A DNA stretch of 64,000 nt from Verrucomicrobiia bacterium (GCA_049692125.1 JBAVOO010000037.1:34299-98298); one strand, 5' to 3'. Shown: positions 9,401-17,000, counted from the stretch's first letter. Notes: generated by a model not told the origin, from the letters alone. Numbers and translations are program-made.

Positions 9401-9533
9401 TGGCGTTCTCGCTCAGCGGGTATTGCCGGATGTTGAGCGAACGGATTGCCTGCAGGCCCGCGATCAAGATGATCAGGCTCACCACGGTCGCCAGCACCGG
9501 CCGGCGGATGAACAGGTCGGTAAAGGACTTCAT
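6432..9533 (-). CDS. RND (AcrB/HAE1-type) efflux permease
   Basis: Long ORF 6432..9578. The family-typical N-terminus MKSFTDLFIRRPVLATVVSLIILIAGL begins at the internal ATG at 9533. The 15 upstream codons are encoded by a hairpin repeat. Size (about 1030 aa), 12 TMS and two large periplasmic loops fit RND pumps. Confidence 0.92.
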   Translation of the reverse strand: MKSFTDLFIRRPVLATVVSLIILIAGLQAIRSLNIRQYPLSENATVTVTTVYVGASANLVRGFVTQPLERAIAAADGIDYMESASKLGLSTITVHLRLNYDSKKALGEISSKVDQVRNDLPPEAEIPTLTIATADSQFASAYLSFSSDVLEANQITDYLVRVVQPRLTAVEGVQKADILGGRTFAMRIWLKPDRLAAFNISPNEVRTALTANNFLSAVGQTKGSLVQVNLTANTDLRSVTEFKNLVVRRAGDRLVRLSDVADVVLGAEDYNSEVRFSGEHAVFMGVWALPNANSLDVMKRVRKEMASIQKVLPTGLNAYVAYDATKYISDALREVVKTLMITLVIVSVVIFLFLGSFRSVLIPLVAIPLSLIGAVFLMQVFGFTLNLLTLLAIVLAVGLVVDDAIVVVENIERHIREGKTPVDAALLGARELIGPVIAMTITLAAVYAPIAFQGGLTGSLFREFALTLAGAVFISGIVALTLSPVMASQLLSHDREEHGLVGRINRDFDRLKNFYGRVLDWTLARRPMVYTIWIGLSLLTIPMFKMAWQAKEPAPAEDQGVIFGVVETPPDSTIEQTSFYADLAGHSFEKVPEREQVFQLTQPDGGFGGLVLKPWGERKRTAFQIVPEVQAMVSRLPGIRMSMVTPSPLPGGGENFPLNLVVSATADPEQILKFAQQLQQQCATNGMFAFPPLIDTKVDQPEIELVIDRDKVATLGLDMQTIGSDLGALVGGNYVNRFDLAGRSYKVIPQLERGARLNAEQLQNTYVKGPGNQLIPVSTFAHLVKHTTPRALNRFQQLNSVKISGVAIVPLDTALKFMETECTRMLPSGYKLDYTGDSRFLRVEGDKFLPAFLLAVVLIILVLAAQFNSFRDPFIIIFGSVPLAIFGALIFCFWKMPSPNIPFWTNGWTTSMNIYSEVGLITLVGLISKNGILIVQFANELQRQGRTKIQAVREAAMLRLRPVLMTSVATVAGNFPLTLVSGAGAAARNSIGIILVAGMSIGTLFTLLVIPSIYILIAKQHAGENRNIRTPND

Positions 9534-9539
9534 TTGGGA

Positions 9540-9640
9540 AGGGGAAACATCGAACACCCAACATTGAACGTCCAACATCCAATGAGTTTCAAATGCCGAA
9601 ACATTGGATGTTCGATGTTGGTTGTTGGATGTTGATTGTT
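9540..9640. repeat. GGATGTT-word hairpin element between the adaptor stop and the RND start
   Basis: The left arm aacatcgaacacccaacattgaacgtccaacatccaatg faces the right arm cattggatgttcgatgttggttgttggatgttgattg across a 17-nt loop. The 10 loop-proximal bp are perfect. Confidence 0.8.
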
Positions 9641-9647
9641 CACAAAA

Positions 9648-10778
9648 TTAACTGTTGGGCGGGTTGGGCGACATCGAAGGCTTGGGCGTGTCGGTGTTGT
9701 TTTCCTGGACGCTGGTGCCGTTGTGCAGCTTGAAGAGGCCCGCGCTCACCACGCGTTCGCCGGCCTTGAGGCCGGAGGTGACGCTGACGAAATCCCCGCG
9801 CGACCGGCCGGTGCGGACGAATTGCTGGCGGACGACCTGCCGCAGTTTTCCCCCGCCCTTCGCCGGCTGCGTCTCAATCACATAAACCGAATCGCCATAC
9901 GGCGCGCTCAAAATGGCCGTTGCCGGAACCGCCAGCACGGTTTGCTCTTCCGGGAAAATCACCTCAACGCGCACGAACATCCCTGGATGCAACTGTTTTT
10001 CGGCGTTTTCAAACGTAGCCTGCAACCGCACGCTGCGCGTCGTCGAGTCCAGGTCAGGATTGATCGCCGTCAGCGTGCCGTCGAAATGTTGGTCGGGATA
10101 AGTGTCGCTGGAAACCCGCACCGCCAGCCCGGTCTTGAGCCGGGCCAGATCCTGCTGGGGCAGGGAAAAATCGGCAAAAACCGGCGACAACGCCTGCAAT
10201 GAAACGATCGGTTTGCCCACATCCAGCAACTCGCCGAGATTGACCAGCCGGATGCCCAATTGCCCGGCGAACGGCGCACGGATGGTTTTCTTTTCAATCG
10301 TCGCCCGGATCACGTCGGCATCGCCTTGTTCCTGTTTCAAGGTCGCTTCCACGGCGTCCAGCTCGGATTGGGAGACGGTGTTGTTCGCGCGCAACTGGCG
10401 CGTGCGCTCGGCATTGAGCCGCGCCAGTTCCACCTGCGCTTCGACGGCGCGCAACTGTGCTTCCTCCGATGACGTGTCCAGCCGCACCAGCAGGTCGCCC
10501 CTGGCCGCGACTGCGCCGGATTCGAACGCGATTTCGCTCACCGTCCCCGCGATTTCGGGCGAGACGGTCACGCCCTGTGCCGCATTGATCGAGCCGACCG
10601 CCGTCAGCGTGTCCTGCCATTTTTCCTCGTGCGCCACGGCGGCGGAAATCGTTTCCGGCGGCGGAGCGAACGCCTGGCCGGCGGCGATGAGGGTGTGAAT
10701 TTGCCATGCCTTGACGCCAGCCAGCCCCAGAACGACTGCCAGCACGACGATGACCGCGGTTAAGATTTTTCGTTTCAT
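9648..10778 (-). CDS. RND efflux periplasmic adaptor (membrane-fusion protein)
   Basis: 376 aa with a signal/anchor MKRKILTAVIVVLAVVLGLAG. Also present are a lipoyl hairpin (VSPEIAGTVSEIAFESGAVAARGDLLVRLD), a coiled coil, and IRAPFAGQLGIRLVNLGE. It lies immediately upstream of the RND gene. Confidence 0.9.
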   Translation of the reverse strand: MKRKILTAVIVVLAVVLGLAGVKAWQIHTLIAAGQAFAPPPETISAAVAHEEKWQDTLTAVGSINAAQGVTVSPEIAGTVSEIAFESGAVAARGDLLVRLDTSSEEAQLRAVEAQVELARLNAERTRQLRANNTVSQSELDAVEATLKQEQGDADVIRATIEKKTIRAPFAGQLGIRLVNLGELLDVGKPIVSLQALSPVFADFSLPQQDLARLKTGLAVRVSSDTYPDQHFDGTLTAINPDLDSTTRSVRLQATFENAEKQLHPGMFVRVEVIFPEEQTVLAVPATAILSAPYGDSVYVIETQPAKGGGKLRQVVRQQFVRTGRSRGDFVSVTSGLKAGERVVSAGLFKLHNGTSVQENNTDTPKPSMSPNPPNS

Positions 10779-10815
10779 GTTTTTTGCGATGATTGGTGGC
10801 TCCCGATAAAAATAT

Positions 10816-11421
10816 TCAGCCTCGTTTTTTCTTTGCGCCCGCGCCGGTCAGGAACAGGTCCACGATGCGTTCCGCCGCCCGGCGGTTCAGGCGGTAATCC
10901 GGCATCAACAAATGCGACGCAATATAAAGGTGCGCCTGCCCGTAAAAACCATAGGCCAGATCCCGGCTGTCGAAGTGGTCGTTCAATTCGCCGGCCGCCT
11001 GGGCGCGTTTGATCAGCGAACGGATGAATTCGAGGTTGCGCTGGCAGCGGTCGAGATAACGCAGGTCCGGCGGCACTTCGCCCGGCGCGGCAAACGCGGT
11101 GGCGAACGCGATGCGCGTCAGGTCCCGGTTTTTGTGAAAGTAATCAAACAGCGCTGCAAGAATTTCAATCAGTTGTCCGCGAACGTCTGATTTGCGGGCC
11201 GCGGCCTGCTGGACGACCTGCAACCGCTCGTCGTGCGCCTCGCTGACCAGCGCCTGGAACAGACCCGCCTTGTCACGGAAATAATAATACAGCGCCGGCT
11301 TGGACACTTTCGCGTCATCCACGATTTGCTGGACGGACGTGGCCGCGTAGCCGCCGTTGGCGAAGCGCTTGAGCGCCGCCCGGAGAATCTGCCGTCTGGT
11401 TTCGGGACCATGCTTGGGCAT
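10816..11421 (-). CDS. TetR/AcrR-family transcriptional regulator
   Basis: 201 aa with an N-terminal HTH: RRQILRAALKRFANGGYAATSVQQIVDDAKVSKPALYYYFRDKAGLF. It is the first gene of the efflux operon. Confidence 0.9.
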   Translation of the reverse strand: MPKHGPETRRQILRAALKRFANGGYAATSVQQIVDDAKVSKPALYYYFRDKAGLFQALVSEAHDERLQVVQQAAARKSDVRGQLIEILAALFDYFHKNRDLTRIAFATAFAAPGEVPPDLRYLDRCQRNLEFIRSLIKRAQAAGELNDHFDSRDLAYGFYGQAHLYIASHLLMPDYRLNRRAAERIVDLFLTGAGAKKKRG

Positions 11422-11423
11422 AA

Positions 11424-11441
11424 ACCTACCGAACGGTAGGT
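11424..11441. promoter_or_regulatory. candidate TetR operator (8-2-8 perfect inverted repeat)
   Basis: ACCTACCG-aa-CGGTAGGT lies 3 nt upstream of the tetR start codon. Palindromic operators overlapping the regulator's own 5' region are typical of TetR autoregulation. No binding data exist. Confidence 0.35.
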
Positions 11442-11512
11442 ATGAAAACGGCGGTTGTCAAATAATTTTTCTCCGAAGGGTTGTTGGTGGCGGGCGGATA
11501 TCCGCATGAGCC

Positions 11513-11631
11513 TTGAACTTAAATCCGAAATCCGAACTTGCGAAATCCGAAAGAAGCCCGGATTCCGAAGGCCGAAAGAAGACCGAAGCCCGAAATCAGA
11601 AAGTCGAGGACGAGAACGAGGACGAGAACGA
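11513..11631. repeat. CCGAA-word element plus 2x gaggacgagaac direct repeat
   Basis: ttaaatccgaaatccgaacttgcgaaatccgaaagaagcccggattccgaaggccgaaagaagaccgaagcccgaaatcagaaag, then gaggacgagaac twice. It shares the words ccgaaagaagcccg and gaagaccgaa with the inverse strand of 13519-13660. Confidence 0.75.
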
Positions 11632-11652
11632 GCGCCCACGGCGGGGCGAATC

Positions 11653-13149
11653 TCAATCCGGCGAGGTTTGGGCTGCCGGCGCCTGCAATTTTGAATGACG
11701 ACACCCGTAGGTGAAATAGATGACGAAGCCGATGGCCATCCAAACAATCAGTCGCGCCCAGGTGTCCGGTGGCAGTCCATACATTAGATAGCCGCAAGAC
11801 AGGACCCCCAGCGGCGCGATCAGCCAGAATACCGGCGTGCGGAATGGCCGGGCTATTTGGGGATCCGTGAAACGCAGAACGAACACACCGGCGCAGACGA
11901 TGGCGAACGCGAGGAGCGTGCCAATGGACACGAGTTCGCCCAGCAGGCCGATGGGGAACAAACCTGCGACCAGCATGGCGATCGCGCCGGTGAGAATCTG
12001 GGCGATCCAGGGCGTGCGGAATTTGGGATGCACCGCGCTGAACACCGGCGGCAGCAATCCATCTTTCGACATCGTGTAAAAAATCCGCGGCTGGCCGAGC
12101 ATCATCACCAGGATCACGGACGAAAGGCCCGCAATCGCACCAATTTTGATGATGGGCCGCAGCCAGGCGACCGAAGGCCCCAGTGAATTGATCGCCACGG
12201 CGATCGGGGCCGGATCATTAAGCTTGGTGTAGGACACAATGCCCGTCAAAACGAGCGCCACGGCGATATAAAGCACGGTGCAGATTCCGAGCGAGCCCAG
12301 GATTCCAACCGGCATGTCGCGCTGCGGGTTTTTGGCTTCCTGCGCAGCGGTGGACACGGCATCGAAACCGATATAGGCAAAAAATATCACACCCGCACCG
12401 CGCACCACGCCACTCCAGCCAAACTCGCCGGGGCCGAGTGACGGCGGTATGAACGGATGCCAGTTGTTCCGGTTGATGTAGGCAATCCCAACGGCAATAA
12501 ACGTCAGAATCACCGACATTTTTATCGCCACGATGACGTTGTTGAACGTGGCGGATTCCTTGATGCCGAGAACGAGCAAAAACGTGATGAACCCGACGAT
12601 CAACATGGCCGGGACGTTTAGCACGGCGCCGGTGCTGACCCAGCCCTCCGTGAACAGCCGCCAGATGTTCCACCCCGCGCCGGGCGGAGTCACATGGTTG
12701 TAAGGCCCGGAAGTAAAGGCGGACGGGATGGTGATTCCAAGCTCCTGAAGAAAGGACACCACATAGCCCGACCAGCCGACCGCGACCGTGGAAGCGGCAA
12801 ACAAATACTCGAGGATCAAATCCCAGCCGATGACCCAGGCGACGAATTCGCCCAGGGTCGCGTAACCATAAGTATACGCCGACCCGGAAATGGGGATCAT
12901 GGCCGAGAATTCGGCATAACACAGCCCGGCGAACGCACAAGCCAGCCCGGCCAGCACAAACGAAAAAACGATGGCCGGTCCCGCGTATTTCGCGGCCGCC
13001 TGTCCCGTGAGGACAAAGATGCCCGCGCCGATAACGGCGCCGATTCCCAGTGCGGTCAGGTTCACCGGTCCCAACGCCCGTTTGAGGCGTTTGTCCGTCA
13101 ACACCTCGGCTTGCAGGTCGGCTACACTTCGGCGGCGAAACAAATTCAT
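11653..13149 (-). CDS. APC-superfamily amino-acid permease (cationic amino-acid transporter-like)
   Basis: 498 aa with about 12-14 TMS. The N-terminus is LKRALGPVNLTALGIGAVIGAGIFVLTGQAAAKYAGPAIVFSFVLAGLACAFAGLCYAEFSAMIPISGSAYTY, the APC signature region. Confidence 0.9.
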   Translation of the reverse strand: MNLFRRRSVADLQAEVLTDKRLKRALGPVNLTALGIGAVIGAGIFVLTGQAAAKYAGPAIVFSFVLAGLACAFAGLCYAEFSAMIPISGSAYTYGYATLGEFVAWVIGWDLILEYLFAASTVAVGWSGYVVSFLQELGITIPSAFTSGPYNHVTPPGAGWNIWRLFTEGWVSTGAVLNVPAMLIVGFITFLLVLGIKESATFNNVIVAIKMSVILTFIAVGIAYINRNNWHPFIPPSLGPGEFGWSGVVRGAGVIFFAYIGFDAVSTAAQEAKNPQRDMPVGILGSLGICTVLYIAVALVLTGIVSYTKLNDPAPIAVAINSLGPSVAWLRPIIKIGAIAGLSSVILVMMLGQPRIFYTMSKDGLLPPVFSAVHPKFRTPWIAQILTGAIAMLVAGLFPIGLLGELVSIGTLLAFAIVCAGVFVLRFTDPQIARPFRTPVFWLIAPLGVLSCGYLMYGLPPDTWARLIVWMAIGFVIYFTYGCRHSKLQAPAAQTSPD

Positions 13150-13518
13150 GCGGGGGATTTCAACTCGTTTTGAGCCTGTTTAATGAAGTGCCCGTTCCCG
13201 GAAGTCAAGCAAACGCCACCGGTTCTTCGATTAGCCATCTCTCAACCCCGCCGCCGCGTGAGATGAAACTGTTTACGCGGAACACCACACCGCCCTGGCC
13301 GGGGATTTCATGCTCGCGCCATGATGATTTCCGGAGTTGCTGCCCGGTGCCGGGCGAAGCAATGGACCGATCCGCCGACAACAGTTGCCCGGCAACCAGG
13401 CTGAGGTCGTAACGCGGTGAAGCCACGCGCGGATTGTCAAGCAGGAACGACTGCAGGAACGACTGTGCTTGTTCGGTCGCCAGCGTTGCTTTGAGTCGCT
13501 TGCTGACTCTCCGGGGAC

Positions 13519-13660
13519 AAAGCCCGAAGCTCGAAGGCCGAAACCCGGAAGAAATCCTAAAACCGAAGCCCGAAACGCGACAGCCGCTTGTGCGACAGTC
13601 TGGCCTTCGGGTTTCGGTCTTCGGGCTTCTTTCGGACCTCGGATTTCGGCCTTCGGATTT
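13519..13660. repeat. CCGAA-word long palindrome
   Basis: A perfect 12-bp outer inverted repeat cgaaggccgaaa (13532-13543) / tttcggccttcg (13644-13655). The inner arms are made of ccgaa words on the left and ttcgg words on the right. Confidence 0.8.
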
Positions 13661-13894
13661 ATGCCGCGCCAACGACTTGCATCCCGGGTTAGAGCAGTCC
13701 TGCCCGGCCGCGGCGAAATGGGCGGGGCGGTGCAGGTTCCGGTTCGTTTTCACGCCACAACCATAGCGGGCGAGGTGCGGGGAAGGTTAATTGATAAAAA
13801 GTGCGGCGGCTTTATGAAAATCAATGCGGCAAAGTCCGCAGGTAAAGAGCGGTTTAGGCGGGCAAACGCGGATAAATCAGGCCGAAATGTCCTG

Positions 13895-13922
13895 TTGACT
13901 TCGTCCGAAAGTTTGATATTTT
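13895..13922 (+). promoter_or_regulatory. possible sigma-70-type promoter for rplM-rpsI
   Basis: TTGACT (13895-13900), a 16-nt spacer, then TATTTT (13917-13922), 26 nt upstream of the rplM ATG. This is pattern match only. Confidence 0.3.
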
Positions 13923-13947
13923 TTCCGCTCCTTTGCCCAGGTTTTAG

Positions 13948-14382
13948 ATGAAAACATATTTGCCCAAAGTGAATTTGGACCAGCGGAAGTGGCACGTGAT
14001 TGACGCCGACGGCGCCGTGCTTGGCCGGCTGGCCGTGCAGGTTGCCGACATTTTACGCGGCAAAAACAAGCCCGTCTTCACGCCTCACCTCGACGCCGGC
14101 GATTTTGTCGTTGTCATCAACGCTGAAAAAGTCCGGCTCACCGGCAAGAAGGAAACGGCCAAGGAATTCATGACCTATTCCGGCTGGAAGGGCGGCGAGA
14201 AATACACCACGGTTGCCCAGGTACGCGCCCGGCATCCGGAAAAACTCATCCTGCACGCCGTCAAAGGCATGATTCCTAAAAACCGGCTCGGCAGCCAGTT
14301 GCTGACCAAGCTGAAGGTTTTTAAAGGCCCGAAACATCCGCACGCCGCCCAGAAGCCTGAACCCCTCAAAGCCGCGGCTTGA
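13948..14382 (+). CDS. rplM: 50S ribosomal protein L13
   Basis: 144 aa: MKTYLPKVNLDQRKWHVIDADGAVLGRLAVQVADILRGKNKPVFTPHLDAGDFVVVINAEKVRLTGKK. This is canonical L13. Confidence 0.97.
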   Translation: MKTYLPKVNLDQRKWHVIDADGAVLGRLAVQVADILRGKNKPVFTPHLDAGDFVVVINAEKVRLTGKKETAKEFMTYSGWKGGEKYTTVAQVRARHPEKLILHAVKGMIPKNRLGSQLLTKLKVFKGPKHPHAAQKPEPLKAAA

Positions 14383-14412
14383 TTCTCCCAACCCTCAACC
14401 CTCAACTGACCG

Positions 14413-14814
14413 ATGGCTGAAACCAAAATTCCCGAATACCTCGGCACGGGACGGCGCAAGACCGCCATCGCGCGGGTCCGGCTCGCGTCCGGCAATGGCA
14501 AAATCACTGTCAACGGACGCCAGTTTGAAAATTATTTCACGCTGGAAACGCAGCGCGTGACCGCGACGCAGCCGCTGGCCGTCACCGGCACGGCGGAAAA
14601 GTTCGACGCGCGCATCAACGTCAGCGGCGGGGGGCCGAACGGCCAGGCCGGCGCGGTGCGGCACGGCATCGCCCGCGCCTTGCTGCAATTCGACGCGAAC
14701 CTGCGGGGCGCGTTGAAAGCCGAAGGCTTGTTGACGCGCGATTCGCGCATGAAAGAGCGCAAGAAATACGGCCAGCCGGGCGCGCGCAAACGTTTCCAAT
14801 TCTCGAAACGTTGA
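14413..14814 (+). CDS. rpsI: 30S ribosomal protein S9
   Basis: 133 aa: [23 protein letters not shown]...[19 protein letters not shown]...[27 protein letters not shown]. This is canonical S9. Confidence 0.97.
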   Translation: MAETKIPEYLGTGRRKTAIARVRLASGNGKITVNGRQFENYFTLETQRVTATQPLAVTGTAEKFDARINVSGGGPNGQAGAVRHGIARALLQFDANLRGALKAEGLLTRDSRMKERKKYGQPGARKRFQFSKR

Positions 14815-14834
14815 TCGCACTGGAAATTTCCAAG

Positions 14835-14864
14835 CCCCGCTGGTTCAATCCGGCGGGGTTTTTT
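14835..14864 (+). terminator. rho-independent terminator after rpsI
   Basis: Stem ccccgctgg / ccggcgggg (one mismatch), loop ttcaat, followed by TTTTTT. Confidence 0.8.
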
Positions 14865-14870
14865 GTTCGG

Positions 14871-14937
14871 GTGATGGAGTGTTGGAGAAATGGAGTGTTG
14901 CAAAATTCCATTGCTCCATTACTCCATTACTCCAACA
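14871..14937. repeat. GGAGT/ATGGAG-word hairpin element upstream of argC
   Basis: gatggagtgttggagaaatggagtgttgc - aaaatt - ccattgctccattactccattactccaaca. It produces the spurious N-terminal extension MECCKIPLLHYSITPTFDTI on the argC ORF. Confidence 0.7.
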
Positions 14938-14949
14938 TTTGACACAATT

Positions 14950-16011
14950 ATGAACTTAAAGAGAGTCGCCATCATCGGCGCGTCCGGTTACTCCGGCGAG
15001 GAACTCGTCCGGTTGCTGCTGAACCATCCTCACGTGGAATTGGTAGCCGCAACCTCGCGCCAAAACTCCGGGCAAACGCTCGCGCAGGTGTTCCCCAAAT
15101 TTGCAAGCCACTCGCAGGCAAAAACACTGCGTTTCACCAAGCCGAACGCCGCGCTGCTCGCGCAGCAGGCCGACGTGGTGTTTCTCGCGTTGCCGCATGG
15201 CGTCGCCGCCGAATATGCCGTGCCGTTGCTCAATGCGGGCTGCATCGTGATTGATCTCAGCGCCGATTTCCGGCTCAAGAGCGCCGAGGGTTACCGGGAA
15301 TTTTACGCGCACGACCATCCCGCGCCGGATTTGCTGGGGAAATCGGTTTATGGTTTGCCGGAAATCTACCGCGAGGAGATCAAGAAAGCGTTGCTCATTG
15401 CATCGCCGGGCTGTTACCCGACGAGCATTCTGCTGCCGGCGATGCCGTTGCTGCAAGCGGAGTTGATCAAACCGGCCGGCATCATCGCGGATTCATTGAG
15501 CGGGGTGAGCGGCGCCGGCCGCAAGGCCGAGCTGGATTACCTGTTTTGCGAATGCAACGAAAGCGTGCGGCCTTATGGCATGCCCAAGCACCGGCATTTG
15601 TCGGAAATCGAGGAACAACTTTCACTCGCCGCCGGAACCAAGGTCACCATCCAGTTCACGCCGCATTTGATCCCGGTGAACCGGGGCATTTTGACGACGC
15701 TCTATCTCACGCCGGGAAAGCCCTTTTCCAATACGGCGGAAATGAATGCGCTGAACGAAAGGATTTTGGCGTGTTACACAGAGGCTTACGGCGGCGAACC
15801 TTTCGTACACTTGCTCGAAGACAAGGCGTTGCCTGACACCAAAAACGTCGCCGGCACGAATGTCATTGAAATCGCTTGGCGGCTGGACCCACGCACGGGC
15901 CGGCTCATCGTGATGAGCGCCGAGGACAATCTGATCAAGGGCGCGAGCGGCCAGGCCATCCAGAGCATGAATCTGGTCTGCGGTTTTCCCGAAACGGCGG
16001 GATTGGTTTGA
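14950..16011 (+). CDS. argC: N-acetyl-gamma-glutamyl-phosphate reductase
   Basis: From the internal ATG at 14950: MNLKRVAIIGASGYSGEELVRLLLNHPHVEL..IASPGCYPTSILL..SGVSGAGRK..H.H..EIE. These are canonical ArgC motifs, including the active-site GCYPT. Confidence 0.95.
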   Translation: MNLKRVAIIGASGYSGEELVRLLLNHPHVELVAATSRQNSGQTLAQVFPKFASHSQAKTLRFTKPNAALLAQQADVVFLALPHGVAAEYAVPLLNAGCIVIDLSADFRLKSAEGYREFYAHDHPAPDLLGKSVYGLPEIYREEIKKALLIASPGCYPTSILLPAMPLLQAELIKPAGIIADSLSGVSGAGRKAELDYLFCECNESVRPYGMPKHRHLSEIEEQLSLAAGTKVTIQFTPHLIPVNRGILTTLYLTPGKPFSNTAEMNALNERILACYTEAYGGEPFVHLLEDKALPDTKNVAGTNVIEIAWRLDPRTGRLIVMSAEDNLIKGASGQAIQSMNLVCGFPETAGLV

Positions 16012-16020
16012 ATTGAGTTC

Positions 16021-16081
16021 GTAGGAGACGACGTAAGGAGTCTCTGACCGGACAATTGAGACTCGTGACCTCGTCTCCTAC
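16021..16081. repeat. GTAGGAGAC-type palindromic element (intergenic copy)
   Basis: Arms gtaggagacgacgtaaggagtctc (16021-16044) and gagactcgtgacctcgtctcctac (16058-16081), complementary at 21 of 24 positions, with a 13-nt loop. It belongs to the same family as the copy inside argJ (17977-18043). Confidence 0.85.
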
Positions 16082-17000
16082 AAGGAAAATAAAGTGGAAC
16101 GCGGCCGATTACGCCGCGAATTCCGGCGTGCAACAAACCTGGGCGCGCGAACTCATCGTGCAACTCCAGTTGCGCGGGGACGAGCGCATTCTCGATGTCG
16201 GCTGCGGCGACGGCAAGGTGACGGCGGAAATCGCGCGCGCCGTGCCGCGCGGTTCGGTCACCGGCGCCGATGCATCGCCGCAAATGATTGAGTTCGCGCA
16301 GAAAACCTTTTCGCCATGTGAAATTTCAAATCTGAAATTTCAAATCTGCGACGCACGAAAAATCAGTCTTGCCGCCTTGTCTTCTCCCTCTCCTCCCCAA
16401 AAGGAGGAGAGGGCCGGGGTGAGGAGGCGTTTAATTTCAAATTCAAAACCCCTCGCCCCAACCCTCTCCCCGCTTGGGCGGGGCGAGGGAGTCAAAAGCT
16501 TGCCATTCGACATTGTTTTTTCCAACGCGGCGTTGCATTGGGTGGACGATCATCGGGCATTTCTGCGGAGTGCAGCCTCGGTTTTGCGTCCCGGTGGGCG
16601 TCTCATCATTTCCTGCGGCGGCAAAGGCAACGCGCAGGATGTTTTCGTTGCGTTGCGCTCCGAGATGCGGCTCAAACGCTGGCGTGGATTTTTTCGCAAG
16701 CTGGGAAAACCATATTTTTTTTACAACCCGGCGGATTATGAAAAGTGGCTGCCACGGTTCGGCTTCAAATCGCGCGGGGTCAAACTATCGCCCAAGGGCG
16801 CGGTTTATCACGGGCGCGCCGGTTTTGCCGCGTGGCTGCGCACGACCTGGCTGCCCTACATGCAGCGCGTGCCGGAAAATTTGCGCGAGGAATTCATCGC
16901 CGCCGTCACGGATCGTTATGTGGCCAAACATCCGTTGGATGACGCCGGACAGGTTCACGTCCGGATGGTGCGGCTGGAAATTGATGCGGTGAAAAAGTAG
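16056..17000 (+). CDS. class I SAM-dependent methyltransferase (trans-aconitate methyltransferase-like) carrying an in-frame repeat insertion
   Basis: KWNAADYAANSGVQQTWARELI..RILDVGCGDGKVT (motif I) ...FDIVFSNAALHWVDDH. The start is uncertain. The only in-frame candidates (TTG 16056, GTG 16065) lie inside the upstream hairpin arm, and the family-typical MKW position reads ATA-AAG-TGG. Confidence 0.8.
   Translation: MRLVTSSPTRKIKWNAADYAANSGVQQTWARELIVQLQLRGDERILDVGCGDGKVTAEIARAVPRGSVTGADASPQMIEFAQKTFSPCEISNLKFQICDARKISLAALSSPSPPQKEERAGVRRRLISNSKPLAPTLSPLGRGEGVKSLPFDIVFSNAALHWVDDHRAFLRSAASVLRPGGRLIISCGGKGNAQDVFVALRSEMRLKRWRGFFRKLGKPYFFYNPADYEKWLPRFGFKSRGVKLSPKGAVYHGRAGFAAWLRTTWLPYMQRVPENLREEFIAAVTDRYVAKHPLDDAGQVHVRMVRLEIDAVKK
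16366..16497. repeat. double-hairpin low-complexity insertion inside the methyltransferase gene
   Basis: Hairpin A is ccctctcctcc-ccaaaa-ggaggagaggg (16386-16413). Hairpin B is cccctcgcccc-N-ggggcgaggg (16449-16489). The tandem gaaatttcaaatct x2 (about 16320-16348) is echoed by ttaatttcaaattcaaaa (about 16431-16448). It is translated as SLAALSSPSPPQKEERAGVRRRLISNSKPLAPTLSPLGRGEGVK. Confidence 0.75.

Noticed and set aside
13205-13753. 182-aa minus ORF (and the + ORFs 13434..13766 and 13469..13951) in the permease/rplM spacer
   Set aside because: They read straight through the CCGAA palindromic repeat (giving SERSPKTETRRP / FGFRISSGFRPSSFG-type low-complexity peptides) and have no start context or homology. 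The same applies to 11169..11747 and 11519..11797 across the other CCGAA element.
14890-14949. N-terminal extensions offered by the ORF track: argC from 14890, argJ from 17044, the RND pump from 9578, pdxA from 29549, pyrC from 41985, pilin-like genes from 35482 and 52176, and the PPIase from 28534
   Set aside because: In each case the family-typical N-terminus starts at an internal ATG. The extra codons are encoded by hairpin repeats or overlap the neighbouring gene.
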